From contig CBDBBV010000002.1 in the NCBI GenBank assembly GCA_965203265.1, forward strand, positions 1,554,773 through 1,618,772: a DNA stretch of 64,000 bases, given 5' to 3'. Both the position numbers and the translations under genes were made by a program. Each line of letters begins with the position of its first letter. The first letter of the stretch is position 1. A model generated the notes under the pieces. That model was given only the letters and a program-made list of their open reading frames with translations, was not told where the DNA came from and searched no databases. Shown here in pieces: positions 21,230 through 29,713 of the stretch. Origin of the DNA: Candidatus Poriferihabitaceae bacterium (GTDB lineage: Bacteria > Pseudomonadota > Gammaproteobacteria > Arenicellales > Poriferihabitantaceae).

Positions 21230-23713
21230 CTACCCCCGCATGCGCTCGGCGCGCGGATCGTACATGGCCGTCAGGCTGGCGCGCGCCGGTATGCGCTCGC
21301 CGCCCACATCGATCTCGAAGGTGCCGCCATCGAGGAAATCCCGATCGACTCCGCCCGCGTGGCGAACATAGCCGAGGCCGACCGAGCCGCCCAGCGTGTG
21401 GCCGTAATTGCCGGAGGTCAGGTAGCCGACGATTTCCCCGTCTCGCAGAATCGGTTCGTGGTGATAGAGCATGACCTCGGGATCCTGCAACAGGAATTGC
21501 ACCAGCCGCTTGCGTTTCCACGCGCCGCTTTCCCGTTGTTCGAGGACGGCGTCGCGACCGATGAAGGGGATCGGTTTGTCCCAGTCGCACACGAAGGCGC
21601 AGCCGCTTTCGAGAGGCGTGTCCTCATCGGCGATGTCGTGGCCGAAATGGAGGAATTTCTTTTCGATGCGGCCGCTGTCGAGGGCGTGCAGGCCGGCCAT
21701 GCGCAACCCGTATTTCTCGCCGACCTGCCACAGGTGGTCGAAGCCGTGGCGCGCCATATCCACCGGAACATACAGTTCCCAACCGAGTTCGCCGACGAAC
21801 GACACCCGCGCGGCGCGCCCCACCGCGCAGCCGAGCTCGATAGCCTGAGTGGCGCCGAAGGGGAATCGGGCGGTGGACATATCGTGGTCGAGAGCCTCGC
21901 TCAACAACTCGCGGCTGTCGGGGCCCATCACGCCGAACACCGCCCAGGCATTGGTCACATCGGTAACCCAGCAATGAGCCTCATCGGGGATATTGCGCCG
22001 CAGCCAATCCATATCCTTGCCGCTGACCGCGGCGGCGCTGACCACCAAGAATCGATCTTCCGCCAGACGGGTAACGGTCAGGTCGGCCTCGATGCCGCCG
22101 CGCGAATTCAGCCAGTGGGTGTACACCATCCGCTCCGCCGGCAAATCCACATTGGCGCTGCAGATTCGCTGCAACGCGCGGCAGCTGTCTCGCCCCTGCA
22201 CCAGATACTTGGAAAAACTGCTCTGATCGAACACCACCACCTTCTCGCGAAAGGCGCGGTGCTCTGCGGCCGAATACTCGAACCAGTTCTGCTTGCCGAA
22301 ACTGTATTGATAACTCGGCTCGACTCCGGTTGGGGCGAACCAGTTGGGGCGCTCCCATCCGGCCACCTCGCCGAAACAGGCGTTGCGCGCCACCAGCCGC
22401 TCGTGAATCGGCGAATGGCGCACATCGCGCGCGCTCTCCATCTGCCGAAACGGGTAGTGGTTGTCGTACAGCAAACCGAGGGTTTCGCTGACGCGACTGC
22501 GCAGATACCGCCGGCTGCCCTGAAACGGGAACATGCGGCGAACATCGTTGCCCCACAAGTCCATGGGCGCGTGGCCGTGAGTCATCCACTCCGCCAGCGC
22601 CCGACCGAGCCCGCCGGAAGTCTGGATGCCGACCGAGTTGAGGCCGGCGGCGATGTAGAAATTGCGCAATTCCGGCGCCTCCCCCAGATGGAACTGGTCG
22701 TCCGGAGTAAAACTCTCCGGCCCGCAGAAAAACTTGCGCCAGCCCACGGTTTGCAGCACCGGCACCCGCTCCATGGCGTCCGCCAGCACCGGCATCAGTT
22801 GCTCCTCGATATGGCCCTCTATCTCGTCGAAGCAGAAATCCTGCGGAATGCCCTGCTGCCCCCAGGCAACCGCGTTGGGCTCGAACGCCCCCACCAACAA
22901 TCCGCCGGCCTCCGGCTTGAAGTAGGCGCAGCGATCGTAGTCGCGCAACACCGGCAGATCGGCGGGCAGATCGTCGAATTTTTCGGTTACCGCGTAATAG
23001 TGCTCGCAGGCGTGCAAGGGCACATTGACGCCCGCCATTTTGCCGATTTCCCGCGCCCACATGCCGCCGCAGTTGACCACATAATCGGTGCGGATTTCGC
23101 CGCAAACTTCATCCGCTCCGGCACCCTGCTCGAAGGTTACGCCGGTGACCTTGCCGCCGGACGAGACGATGCCGGTTACCTCCACGCCCTCCACGCAACG
23201 CGCCCCCCGGCCACGCGCGCCCTTGATGAACGAGGCGGTAACATCCACCGGGCTGGCGTAGCCGTCCTGCGCCACCCAGCTGGCGCCGAGCAGGTCGCCG
23301 CATTCCAGCAGTGGATAGCGCTCCGGTATTTCGGCGGCGGCGAGGATTTCCACCCGAGTCACGCCGAAAGCGTTGTTCATCGCCGCCACCCGCTTGAGTT
23401 CCTCGAATCGCGCCTCGCTGTGGGCGATGGACAACGAACCGATCTGCTTGAAACCGGTGGATTGGCCGGTTTCCGCCTCCAGTTCGCGCAATACCGACAT
23501 GGAGTATTCGCACAGGCGCGCCTGACTTTCATTGGCGCGCATGGTGCCGACCAGCCCGGCGGCGTGCCAAGTGGTGCCGCAGCTGAATTGCCGCCGTTCC
23601 AGCAGCAGCACATCGCTCCAGCCGAATTTGGCCATATGGTAGGCGACGCTGGCGCCGATGACGCCACCGCCGATGACGACCGCACTAGCGCGGGAGGGGA
23701 TTTCTTGAGCCAT
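21230..23713 (-). CDS. FAD-dependent oxidoreductase fused to a GcvT-type aminomethyltransferase domain (dimethylglycine/sarcosine dehydrogenase-like)
   Basis: N-terminal dinucleotide fold VVIGGGVIGASVAYH and a C-terminal GcvT folate-binding domain. The start is the internal ATG at 23713 of ORF 21230..23836. Confidence 0.85.
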   Translation of the reverse strand: MAQEIPSRASAVVIGGGVIGASVAYHMAKFGWSDVLLLERRQFSCGTTWHAAGLVGTMRANESQARLCEYSMSVLRELEAETGQSTGFKQIGSLSIAHSEARFEELKRVAAMNNAFGVTRVEILAAAEIPERYPLLECGDLLGASWVAQDGYASPVDVTASFIKGARGRGARCVEGVEVTGIVSSGGKVTGVTFEQGAGADEVCGEIRTDYVVNCGGMWAREIGKMAGVNVPLHACEHYYAVTEKFDDLPADLPVLRDYDRCAYFKPEAGGLLVGAFEPNAVAWGQQGIPQDFCFDEIEGHIEEQLMPVLADAMERVPVLQTVGWRKFFCGPESFTPDDQFHLGEAPELRNFYIAAGLNSVGIQTSGGLGRALAEWMTHGHAPMDLWGNDVRRMFPFQGSRRYLRSRVSETLGLLYDNHYPFRQMESARDVRHSPIHERLVARNACFGEVAGWERPNWFAPTGVEPSYQYSFGKQNWFEYSAAEHRAFREKVVVFDQSSFSKYLVQGRDSCRALQRICSANVDLPAERMVYTHWLNSRGGIEADLTVTRLAEDRFLVVSAAAVSGKDMDWLRRNIPDEAHCWVTDVTNAWAVFGVMGPDSRELLSEALDHDMSTARFPFGATQAIELGCAVGRAARVSFVGELGWELYVPVDMARHGFDHLWQVGEKYGLRMAGLHALDSGRIEKKFLHFGHDIADEDTPLESGCAFVCDWDKPIPFIGRDAVLEQRESGAWKRKRLVQFLLQDPEVMLYHHEPILRDGEIVGYLTSGNYGHTLGGSVGLGYVRHAGGVDRDFLDGGTFEIDVGGERIPARASLTAMYDPRAERMRG

Positions 23714-23826
23714 GTTGTTCGACGCCGATGCCAATGAGTTCGGGAGTTTGGAAATTTGTTGCGGATGGACGGCGGCGCCGACCGTCAGCCGCCAGCCGTC
23801 AGCTGCCAGCCGTGTTTGTATCAGCA

Positions 23827-24669
23827 TTACCCCCATCCAAGCAAGGCGATGCTGACAAATATCACCACCGAGGCGGCGATCCTGCGCCTACCGGCGGGTT
23901 CCTTGAAGTAGTACGCGCCGATCAGGGCGGCGATGATCACCGAGGTCTCGCGCAGCGCCGACACCAGCGCGATGGGCGCCTGCGACATCGCCCACACCAC
24001 CATCCAGTACGCCGCCAAGGACAGCACCCCAGCGAGCAAATGGATGCGCCAACCGGCGGCCAACGCCGCCACTTCACGCCACGACCGCCGATGAACCGCG
24101 TACAGAGTCAGCGGCACGCCGTTGAGAAATGACAGCCACACTATGTAGGCCGACACATTCAGCGACAATCTCCCGCCGACGCCGTCGGAAATGGTATAGG
24201 CGCCGATAAAGCAGGAAGTGGCGAGGGCGTGCAGCAAACCGCTGCGATGGTGCAACACCGCGCCCAACCGCCGACTGGCGAAAATCATGATGCCGCCGAG
24301 CACTCCGGCGAGCGACAACCATTCGATGCCGCCGAGGGATTCCCGCAGCACCAGCACCCCATACAAAGCGACCCAAATGGGCGCGGTGCCGCGCGCCACC
24401 GGATAGGACTGGGCAAAATCTCCGTACCTATAGGCGTTCGCCAAGCTGAGGTAATAGCCGAAATGAAAGCCCATCGAAGCCAGCAAATACGGCCAACTGC
24501 TCGCATTAGGCAACCCCACCCACGGCACCAGTAGCAGTGCCACGGCGGAAATGGCGATCTGCATACCGGCCAGAGACAACATCTTGTCGCCGCCGCTCTT
24601 CACAGACGCATTCCACACCGCATGAAAAAACGCGGCCGCCAGCACGATGAGGATGATATGCGTATCCAT
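23827..24669 (-). CDS. EamA/DMT family transporter
   Basis: 280 aa with about 10 hydrophobic segments and a duplicated EamA-like architecture. Confidence 0.8.
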   Translation of the reverse strand: MDTHIILIVLAAAFFHAVWNASVKSGGDKMLSLAGMQIAISAVALLLVPWVGLPNASSWPYLLASMGFHFGYYLSLANAYRYGDFAQSYPVARGTAPIWVALYGVLVLRESLGGIEWLSLAGVLGGIMIFASRRLGAVLHHRSGLLHALATSCFIGAYTISDGVGGRLSLNVSAYIVWLSFLNGVPLTLYAVHRRSWREVAALAAGWRIHLLAGVLSLAAYWMVVWAMSQAPIALVSALRETSVIIAALIGAYYFKEPAGRRRIAASVVIFVSIALLGWG

Positions 24670-24953
24670 CGGCGTTCAACCCCGAGAACGGGGCGCGAAT
24701 CCGCGCGCGGCGGCAATTCGGCGATGGGGCGAAATGTGCATCGGCGGCGGTATGGTAGGGGGCGGAGGCGGATGGCGGTTTATACGCCAATCGAATCGCA
24801 CTTGACAACCACCACGAGCGGCGGCGATACGGCAACGACTGTTGTAACCTCCCACGGCAAGGAGACATGTGCGCGGGCTTTTATGATACTTTCGCAACTT
24901 GAACGCAATAAAAATCCGCATTTCCCCCGACCAACCATAGCGCATAGCGCGCG

Positions 24954-26372
24954 ATGATTTTGCACCCAACACGACACTCCGATAGAGACGACCGAGGCAC
25001 TGTGAAACCGTATCCGAACTACAAATCCTCTGGAGTGGAGTGGTTGGGGGATGTGCCGGAGCATTGGGATGTGCGGCGAATCCGGTCTATAGCGGAAATG
25101 CGTGTTAGCAACGTAGATAAACACACCAAGGAAGATGAATTTCCGATCCGCCTTTGCAATTACGTTGATGTGTACAAGAATGACCATATCACCAAAGACA
25201 TGCCTTTGATGAGTGCAACAGCTTCACGAAGCGAAATCGAAAAATTTCGGCTAGTGCAAGGTGATGTTCTCATAACCAAGGACTCTGAGTCATGGGACGA
25301 TATCGGGGTTCCGGCACTGGTAGTGAGTTCAGCAGATGACCTTGTTTGCGGTTACCATCTGGCATTGCTACGCCCTTCCGAAGAATTACTAGGGGCATAT
25401 CTGGCCTGGGCTTTGCAGAGCAAAGCGGTTGCCTATCAGTTCCATGTACGGGCGAACGGCGTAACGCGCTACGGCCTTGCCCACTTTGGCATCGAATCGG
25501 TTCGTATACCGCTCCCGCGCATTCCAGAACAAAACACCATCGTCCGCTACTTGGACTACATAGATCAACGCATCCAGCGGTATATCGCCGCCAAGCGGAA
25601 ACTCATCGGGTTGTTGGAGGAAGAGCGGCAGGCCATCGTCAACCGAGCCGTTACTCGGGGACTCAACCCCGATGTCCGCCTCAAACCTTCCGGTGTCGAG
25701 TGGTTGGGGGATGTGCCGGAGCATTGGGAAGTGTGGCGCCTCAAACATTGGGTTGGGATAAATGAAGCCGTATTGTCGGAAACAACCGATCCTGCTTTTC
25801 AATTCCAGTATCTGGAAATTGGAGCGGTGGGTACGGGGATACTCGTGCATGAACCGACCACGACCACTTTTGGCAACGCACCATCGCGAGCGAGGCGCAT
25901 CGTAAGGATGGGCGACACCATCATTTCAACGGTACGGACATACCTGAAAGCGGTGTGGTTCGCCGAGAATGTGCAAGGAAACCTGATTTGTTCAACCGGA
26001 TTTGCCGTATTAACACCCCGAAACTCGACTTCCCCTAAATTTGTGAGCTACCTTACGCAAAGCAATGCGTTTACTGATCGAGTAACGGCAGAATCGGTCG
26101 GCATTGCGTATCCTGCCATTGCAGAAAATCGGTTTGGTACGTTTCATATACCTGTTCCCCCGAAATCAGAACAAACAGCCATCGTAAATTACCTAGACAA
26201 AACCACCACCAACATCAACGCCACAATCACCCACACCCGCCGCCAACTAGATCTCATGCAAGAATACCGCACCCGCCTCATCGCCGATGTAGTCACCGGA
26301 AAACTGGATGTACGCGAGGCGGCGGCGCAGGCGTCCGGGCGGCACGGCGAGCAGGACGGCGGCACCGGATAA
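24954..26372 (+). CDS. hsdS: type I restriction-modification specificity subunit HsdS (no adjacent hsdM or hsdR)
   Basis: Two target-recognition domains are each preceded by GVEWLGDVPEHW(D/E)V. The central and C-terminal conserved helices are present (RLIADVVTGKLDVREAA). GC is lower than the flanks. Confidence 0.85.
   Translation: MILHPTRHSDRDDRGTVKPYPNYKSSGVEWLGDVPEHWDVRRIRSIAEMRVSNVDKHTKEDEFPIRLCNYVDVYKNDHITKDMPLMSATASRSEIEKFRLVQGDVLITKDSESWDDIGVPALVVSSADDLVCGYHLALLRPSEELLGAYLAWALQSKAVAYQFHVRANGVTRYGLAHFGIESVRIPLPRIPEQNTIVRYLDYIDQRIQRYIAAKRKLIGLLEEERQAIVNRAVTRGLNPDVRLKPSGVEWLGDVPEHWEVWRLKHWVGINEAVLSETTDPAFQFQYLEIGAVGTGILVHEPTTTTFGNAPSRARRIVRMGDTIISTVRTYLKAVWFAENVQGNLICSTGFAVLTPRNSTSPKFVSYLTQSNAFTDRVTAESVGIAYPAIAENRFGTFHIPVPPKSEQTAIVNYLDKTTTNINATITHTRRQLDLMQEYRTRLIADVVTGKLDVREAAAQASGRHGEQDGGTG
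25038..25069 (+). repeat. 32-bp perfect direct repeat, copy 1, inside hsdS
   Basis: GAGTGGTTGGGGGATGTGCCGGAGCATTGGGA is identical to 25698-25729. Confidence 0.9.
25698..25729 (+). repeat. 32-bp perfect direct repeat, copy 2, inside hsdS
   Basis: Identical to 25038-25069. It marks the start of the second TRD. Confidence 0.9.
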
Positions 26373-26567
26373 ACCCACGAGCGGCGGGCGGCGCCCGAAC
26401 TGCCCGCGATTTTCGATGCCGCGAGAAAGTCGCAAAACCGGCGCGAATGGCGAATTCCACTAGGTTTTGCATTTTCCCGAACAATCCGGTATCGTTGCGC
26501 TTTCCAATTCACCACAGATTCTCCGACTCCGGCATATTCCGCCGCGCAGTGGGAGAGAAACGGGGAT

Positions 26568-27008
26568 ATGTCAATGGCAAAAACCATGCTGGTGGGAATC
26601 GATGGAAGCGAGCCGGGCGTGCGCGCCGCCGAGTTCGCTGCATCGGTGGCGCGGGCGCACGAGGCAAGATTGCTGGTCGTTTATGTGATTCAGTGGTCTC
26701 CGTTCACCTTCAACACGCCCGAGGAGAATGAATCGCGCCAGCGGCGTCGCGAGGCGGAAATCGAAGGTGCACAATCCAAGGTTCTGGCGCCGTTGCTCGC
26801 CAAACTAGCCGAATCGGGCTGCCCCATCGAAGGCATCGTCCGCCACGGGCGTCCCGCCGAAATACTCAATCAACTGGCGCGCGAAGAAAACGCCGCGCAG
26901 ATTTTCATTGGCCGCACCGGAGCTTCCGGGCTGCAGAATCTGTTGTTCGGCAGCGTGGCCAGCCATCTGGTGCAAACCGCATCGATTCCCGTGACCATCC
27001 TGCCCTAG
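26568..27008 (+). CDS. universal stress protein (UspA family)
   Basis: MLVGIDGSEPG...RHGRPAEILNQLAREENAAQIFIGRTGASG...GSVASHLVQTASIPVTILP. Confidence 0.85.
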   Translation: MSMAKTMLVGIDGSEPGVRAAEFAASVARAHEARLLVVYVIQWSPFTFNTPEENESRQRRREAEIEGAQSKVLAPLLAKLAESGCPIEGIVRHGRPAEILNQLAREENAAQIFIGRTGASGLQNLLFGSVASHLVQTASIPVTILP

Positions 27009-27064
27009 GGGATACAGCCGCCCGGGAAGAACGCCACAACGGAAAACAGAAAGAGAGGTCGAGC

Positions 27065-28708
27065 ATGAACAAAATTGCGATGAAATGTTTGTTGGGGCTG
27101 TTGAGTCTCCTCGTGGTCGTCGGCGCACAAGCGCAGACGCAGAGCACGCAACGGGATCTTTCCACCGCGCAGGCGTGGGTGGAAGGCATAGAGGATCCGA
27201 CTCTGGGCTATCGTTCATGGATCCACGGCATCGTTCCGGTCGCCCCGGCGACGCCCGAGGCGGATACGGGCATCGATGCCGCCATCAATGCGGCGACGGC
27301 GCCCATCGCCTCGTGGATCGGCAAGGTCGTGTTCTTCAAGATTCCGGTTTTCGGCGCGCAACTGCCGCTGGTGGTGCTGTGGCTGGTCATCGGCGCGGTG
27401 TTTTTCACCTTCTACATGGGCTTCATCAACCTGCGCGGCTTCAAGCACGCCATCGAACTGGTGCGCGGCGATTACGCCGATCCCAAGAGCAACGGCGAGG
27501 TGTCCCACTTTCAGGCGCTCGCCACGGCGGTTTCCGGCACCGTCGGCATCGGCAATATCGGCGGAGTCGCGGTGGCGGTTACGGTGGGCGGAGCCGGCGC
27601 GACTTTCTGGCTCATCGTCGCCGGTTTCCTCGGCATGTCCACCAAATTCGTCGAATGCACCTTGGGGGTCAAATACCGCCGGGAATTCGCCGATGGCCAT
27701 GTTTCCGGCGGCCCGATGTACTACCTCAGACAGGGTTTCGCGGATCGCGGCATGGCGGGATTCGGCAGATTCATGGGCGCGTTCTACGCCATCGGCATCG
27801 GCATCGGCGCGCTCGGCATCGGCAACATGTTCCAGTCCAATCAAGCATTTGTGCAGTTGAATCAGGTCGCCGGCGGGGCGCTGGACGGGCTCGGTTGGTT
27901 GGTCGGCCTGATCATGGCGGGCGTGGTGTTCTTGGTGATCATCGGCGGCATCAAGTCGATCGCGCGAGTTACCGAGAAAATCGTTCCCTTCATGGCCCTC
28001 TTCTATTGCCTCTTCGCGCTCATCGTGATCTTCATGAACGGCGCCGCAATTCCGCAGGCGATTGCCAACATCTTCGCCGGCGCCTTCACCGGCGCGGGGG
28101 TTGCCGGCGGTGCCATCGGCGCGCTGATCATCGGCTTCCAGCGCGCGGTGTTTTCCAACGAAGCGGGCATCGGCTCGGCCTCGATCGCCCATTCCGCGGT
28201 GAAAACCAAAGAGCCGGTAACCGAGGGCATCGTTTCCCTGCTCGAACCGTTCATCGACACCATCGTCATCTGCACCATCACCGCATTGGTGATCGGAACC
28301 GCTCAGGTCGCCGATCCGAATTTCGCCGGTGGCGCTCAGGGGGTGGCCATGACTTCGGCGGCCTTCGAGCGGGAATTCGCGTGGTTCCCGATTCCGCTGG
28401 CGTTTGCCGCCGTGTTGTTCGCCTTCTCCACCATGATCTCGTGGTCCTACTATGGCCTGAAGGGGTGGGCCTACCTGTTCGGCGAAAGCGCCCGCAGTCA
28501 GACCAACTACAAGATGATCTTCTGCGCGTTCGTGGCGCTCGGCTGCATCGTGCAACTCGGCCCCATTCTCGACATTTCAGACGCGCTGGTATTCCTCATC
28601 TGCGTGCCGAACATCCTCGGCCTGTACTTCCTCGCCCCCATCGTGAAACAGGAATTGAACGCCTATTTCGCGCGCATTGAAAGCGGCGAAATACGCAAAT
28701 ACAAGTGA
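27065..28708 (+). CDS. sodium:alanine symporter family (AGCS) amino-acid carrier
   Basis: FQALATAVSGTVGIGNIGGVAVAV and SNEAGIGSASIAHSA are hallmark AgcS motifs. It has an N-terminal extension of about 70 aa with a signal-like segment. Confidence 0.9.
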   Translation: MNKIAMKCLLGLLSLLVVVGAQAQTQSTQRDLSTAQAWVEGIEDPTLGYRSWIHGIVPVAPATPEADTGIDAAINAATAPIASWIGKVVFFKIPVFGAQLPLVVLWLVIGAVFFTFYMGFINLRGFKHAIELVRGDYADPKSNGEVSHFQALATAVSGTVGIGNIGGVAVAVTVGGAGATFWLIVAGFLGMSTKFVECTLGVKYRREFADGHVSGGPMYYLRQGFADRGMAGFGRFMGAFYAIGIGIGALGIGNMFQSNQAFVQLNQVAGGALDGLGWLVGLIMAGVVFLVIIGGIKSIARVTEKIVPFMALFYCLFALIVIFMNGAAIPQAIANIFAGAFTGAGVAGGAIGALIIGFQRAVFSNEAGIGSASIAHSAVKTKEPVTEGIVSLLEPFIDTIVICTITALVIGTAQVADPNFAGGAQGVAMTSAAFEREFAWFPIPLAFAAVLFAFSTMISWSYYGLKGWAYLFGESARSQTNYKMIFCAFVALGCIVQLGPILDISDALVFLICVPNILGLYFLAPIVKQELNAYFARIESGEIRKYK

Positions 28709-28780
28709 GGGAAATCGTGCTGCCCCGGCCTGCGCGCCGCCGGGGGGTTAGCGGTCGCCAACAACCCATTTGATCGGATC

Positions 28781-29329
28781 ATGCTCCCATCGGATCCGCT
28801 CAGATATTGCAACCATTGTGGCGAACCCGTCTTGCTGTCGATTCCGGTGGGCGACACCAGAGATCGCCACATTTGCACCGCCTGCGGGCATATCCAGTAC
28901 CAGAACCCCAAGATCGTATGCGGTTGCATTCCGGTGTGGCAGGATCGCGTGTTGCTGTGTCGGCGGGCGATCGAGCCGCGCAAGGGCTTGTGGACGCTGC
29001 CCGCCGGCTTCATGGAAAACGGCGAAACCATCCAGCACGGCGCCGCCCGGGAAACCGGAGAGGAAGCCTGCGCCGAAATCACCGAGCAAACCCTCTACGG
29101 CATTTACAATCTGCCGCGAGTCAATCAGGTGTACATCATGTTTCGGGCGAAACTCGTCGCCGAGGATGGTTTCGATACGGGGGCGGAAAGCCTCGAAGTG
29201 CGGTTGTTCGAGGAGGGGCAAATCCCGTGGACGGAAATCGCCTTTCGGGTGATTCACCTGACGCTGACGAGATATTTTTCCGAGCGGAAATCGGGCAAAT
29301 TCTCGGTGGTGGTGGAGGATATTCTCTGA
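28781..29329 (+). CDS. NUDIX hydrolase with an N-terminal zinc ribbon
   Basis: CNHCGEP...CTACGH zinc ribbon and the Nudix box GFMENGETIQHGAARETGEEA. Confidence 0.8.
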   Translation: MLPSDPLRYCNHCGEPVLLSIPVGDTRDRHICTACGHIQYQNPKIVCGCIPVWQDRVLLCRRAIEPRKGLWTLPAGFMENGETIQHGAARETGEEACAEITEQTLYGIYNLPRVNQVYIMFRAKLVAEDGFDTGAESLEVRLFEEGQIPWTEIAFRVIHLTLTRYFSERKSGKFSVVVEDIL

Positions 29330-29536
29330 CTCGGCGACGGCTCGAATCGGCTGGAAGTGGCGCCGTTTTTTCGCCGGCAGGTGGTGAAAAAACGGCCAAC
29401 TGCTTGATTCCCCGACCAATCGACAAGCCGGTATCGGCGAAATCGCGCCGCTTCGACCGAGGAGTTATGCACAGCCGCCCACCGCATCGGCATTTTTCGA
29501 CCACTTTAGCGCTCATGTCTGTTTTCGTGTCTCAAT

Positions 29537-29667
29537 TTATCCGTGTAACTATTTGTTTTTTATGGATTTATCCATATCGTGATGAAATTTTCGGCAAGCG
29601 GCACTTGTGCCGCCGAAACAATCCCGACACAACAAACCCGGCGGATTTATGCACAGAGTTATCCACA
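29537..29667 (+). promoter_or_regulatory. cluster of four same-orientation DnaA-box-like 9-mers upstream of priA
   Basis: TTATCCGTG 29537-29545, TTATCCATA 29568-29576, TTATGCACA 29647-29655 and TTATCCACA 29659-29667 (a perfect consensus), with an AT-rich stretch at 29525-29600. Confidence 0.4.
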
Positions 29668-29713
29668 GATTCTGTGTGTAACCCACGAGCCGCCAGCCCC
29701 TTCCGCCGAGCAA

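Noticed and set aside
26440-26587. A possible IS3-family OrfA helix-turn-helix remnant on the minus strand (..CAAEYAGVGESVVNWKAQRY..) next to hsdS.
   Set aside because: Only about 20 residues loosely resemble the HTH pattern. There are no inverted repeats and no DDE region. It overlaps the uspA start region. The evidence is too weak to call.
28709-28780. A GC hairpin (CCCCGGC...GCCGGGG) after the AgcS gene, considered as a terminator.
   Set aside because: No T-run follows the stem, so an intrinsic terminator cannot be supported from sequence alone.
29525-29700. The idea that the DnaA-box cluster is the chromosomal origin (oriC).
   Set aside because: I saw no AT-rich 13-mer unwinding repeats, only four boxes, and none of the usual origin neighbours (dnaA, dnaN, gidA, mioC, parAB). 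A regulatory or titration site is more plausible.
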